Shown here in pieces: positions 63,299 through 64,000 of a stretch of DNA of 64,000 nt. The translations under genes were made by a program, and so were the position numbers. Numbering within the stretch: the stretch's first letter is position 1; every line of letters starts with the position of its first letter. The notes under the pieces are model-generated. The model did not search any database. It was not told where the DNA came from and was given only the letters and a program-made list of their open reading frames with translations. Source of the DNA: Intoshia linei. Lineage: Eukaryota > Animalia > Orthonectida. The stretch is taken from contig LWCA01000003.1 in assembly GCA_001642005.1 (NCBI GenBank), positions 65,649 to 129,648 on the forward strand, read 5' to 3'.

Positions 63299-64000
63299 CA
63301 GGGGTGGTACCAGCAATGTTGTATTTTGCTGTCCGTATAGCAAGTGCTGTACAAATTTACAGCAAAGCATTGCTGTATTTCCAGCAAAAAGTACAGCAAT
63401 ATTTTATAATCAAAATCGTGTATTTTAGAATTTGATTTTGTTTTAAATTCAACAAATTTGATTGCATATCTATAGCAGTGGTTTTTAACCTTTTTGTGTT
63501 TGCAACCACATATAAACATAAAAAATTTTCGTGACCCAAAAATTTTCTATATATTCTTAATATCACATCAATTCACATAAATATAATTACTAAAAAAGCA
63601 TATTCAGTTTTATTTATATTTTATATTGTGCTCAGTGAGCACTGCTCATTAAATCTATTATAATAACTAAATTTAATTTCTTCATGTAAAATTTGAGGTT
63701 GCATTTTAGCTATATGTTAATATTTAATTTATTTTTGTCTGCCAATGAAAAAAACTTAAGAAATGATGACACTATTTGAAAAATAGAATTAATTTAATTA
63801 AAAATTACTTATACTAATGTTTGAGGGGTAAACCCAATGAGTATTATTACTAGATTCTCATTTGATTAATGACACATTTACTAACAAAAAGTTTAAGTAC
63901 ATATAATTAACACTATTACCATTAATGAACCTATAATTTTTTTATCAATGAATAATTTTTAATTAGCAAATTTCACGTATATTTCATAGAAATTTTTTTC

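Overview
This is very AT-rich eukaryotic (animal) genomic DNA, not prokaryotic. Genes are tightly packed and split by tiny GT-AG introns, mostly about 30-55 nt; the few long introns are filled with transposon relics. That architecture, plus a motile-cilium gene, fits a highly reduced metazoan genome such as the orthonectid Intoshia (inference only). Genes rebuilt by manual splicing: an unknown gene, ISCU, a small 2-TM protein, EIF3D, RSPH10B (MORN repeats), an ARHGAP20/TAGAP-like RhoGAP, ZIP11 (SLC39A11), SCYL1, eyes absent (EYA), acetyl-CoA carboxylase, FAM177A1, a Med25-ACID/PTOV-domain gene, a possible F-BAR/FCH gene and an orphan STE20/PAK-like kinase C-lobe exon. The right third is dominated by mobile DNA. 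Across the window there is a non-autonomous Helitron family (one complete copy), many hAT-type MITEs with 8-bp TSDs, a piggyBac MITE, a foldback/MULE element with a 9-bp TSD, and dead Buster-hAT, hATm and Tc1 transposases. The strongest novel signal is EYA: it keeps the Eya-domain pattern but has lost three catalytic HAD residues, making it a probable natural pseudophosphatase. Single Ns at 44576, 54190, 55624 and 56362 probably mark assembly joins, which limits conclusions near them. All homologies are recalled, not searched.
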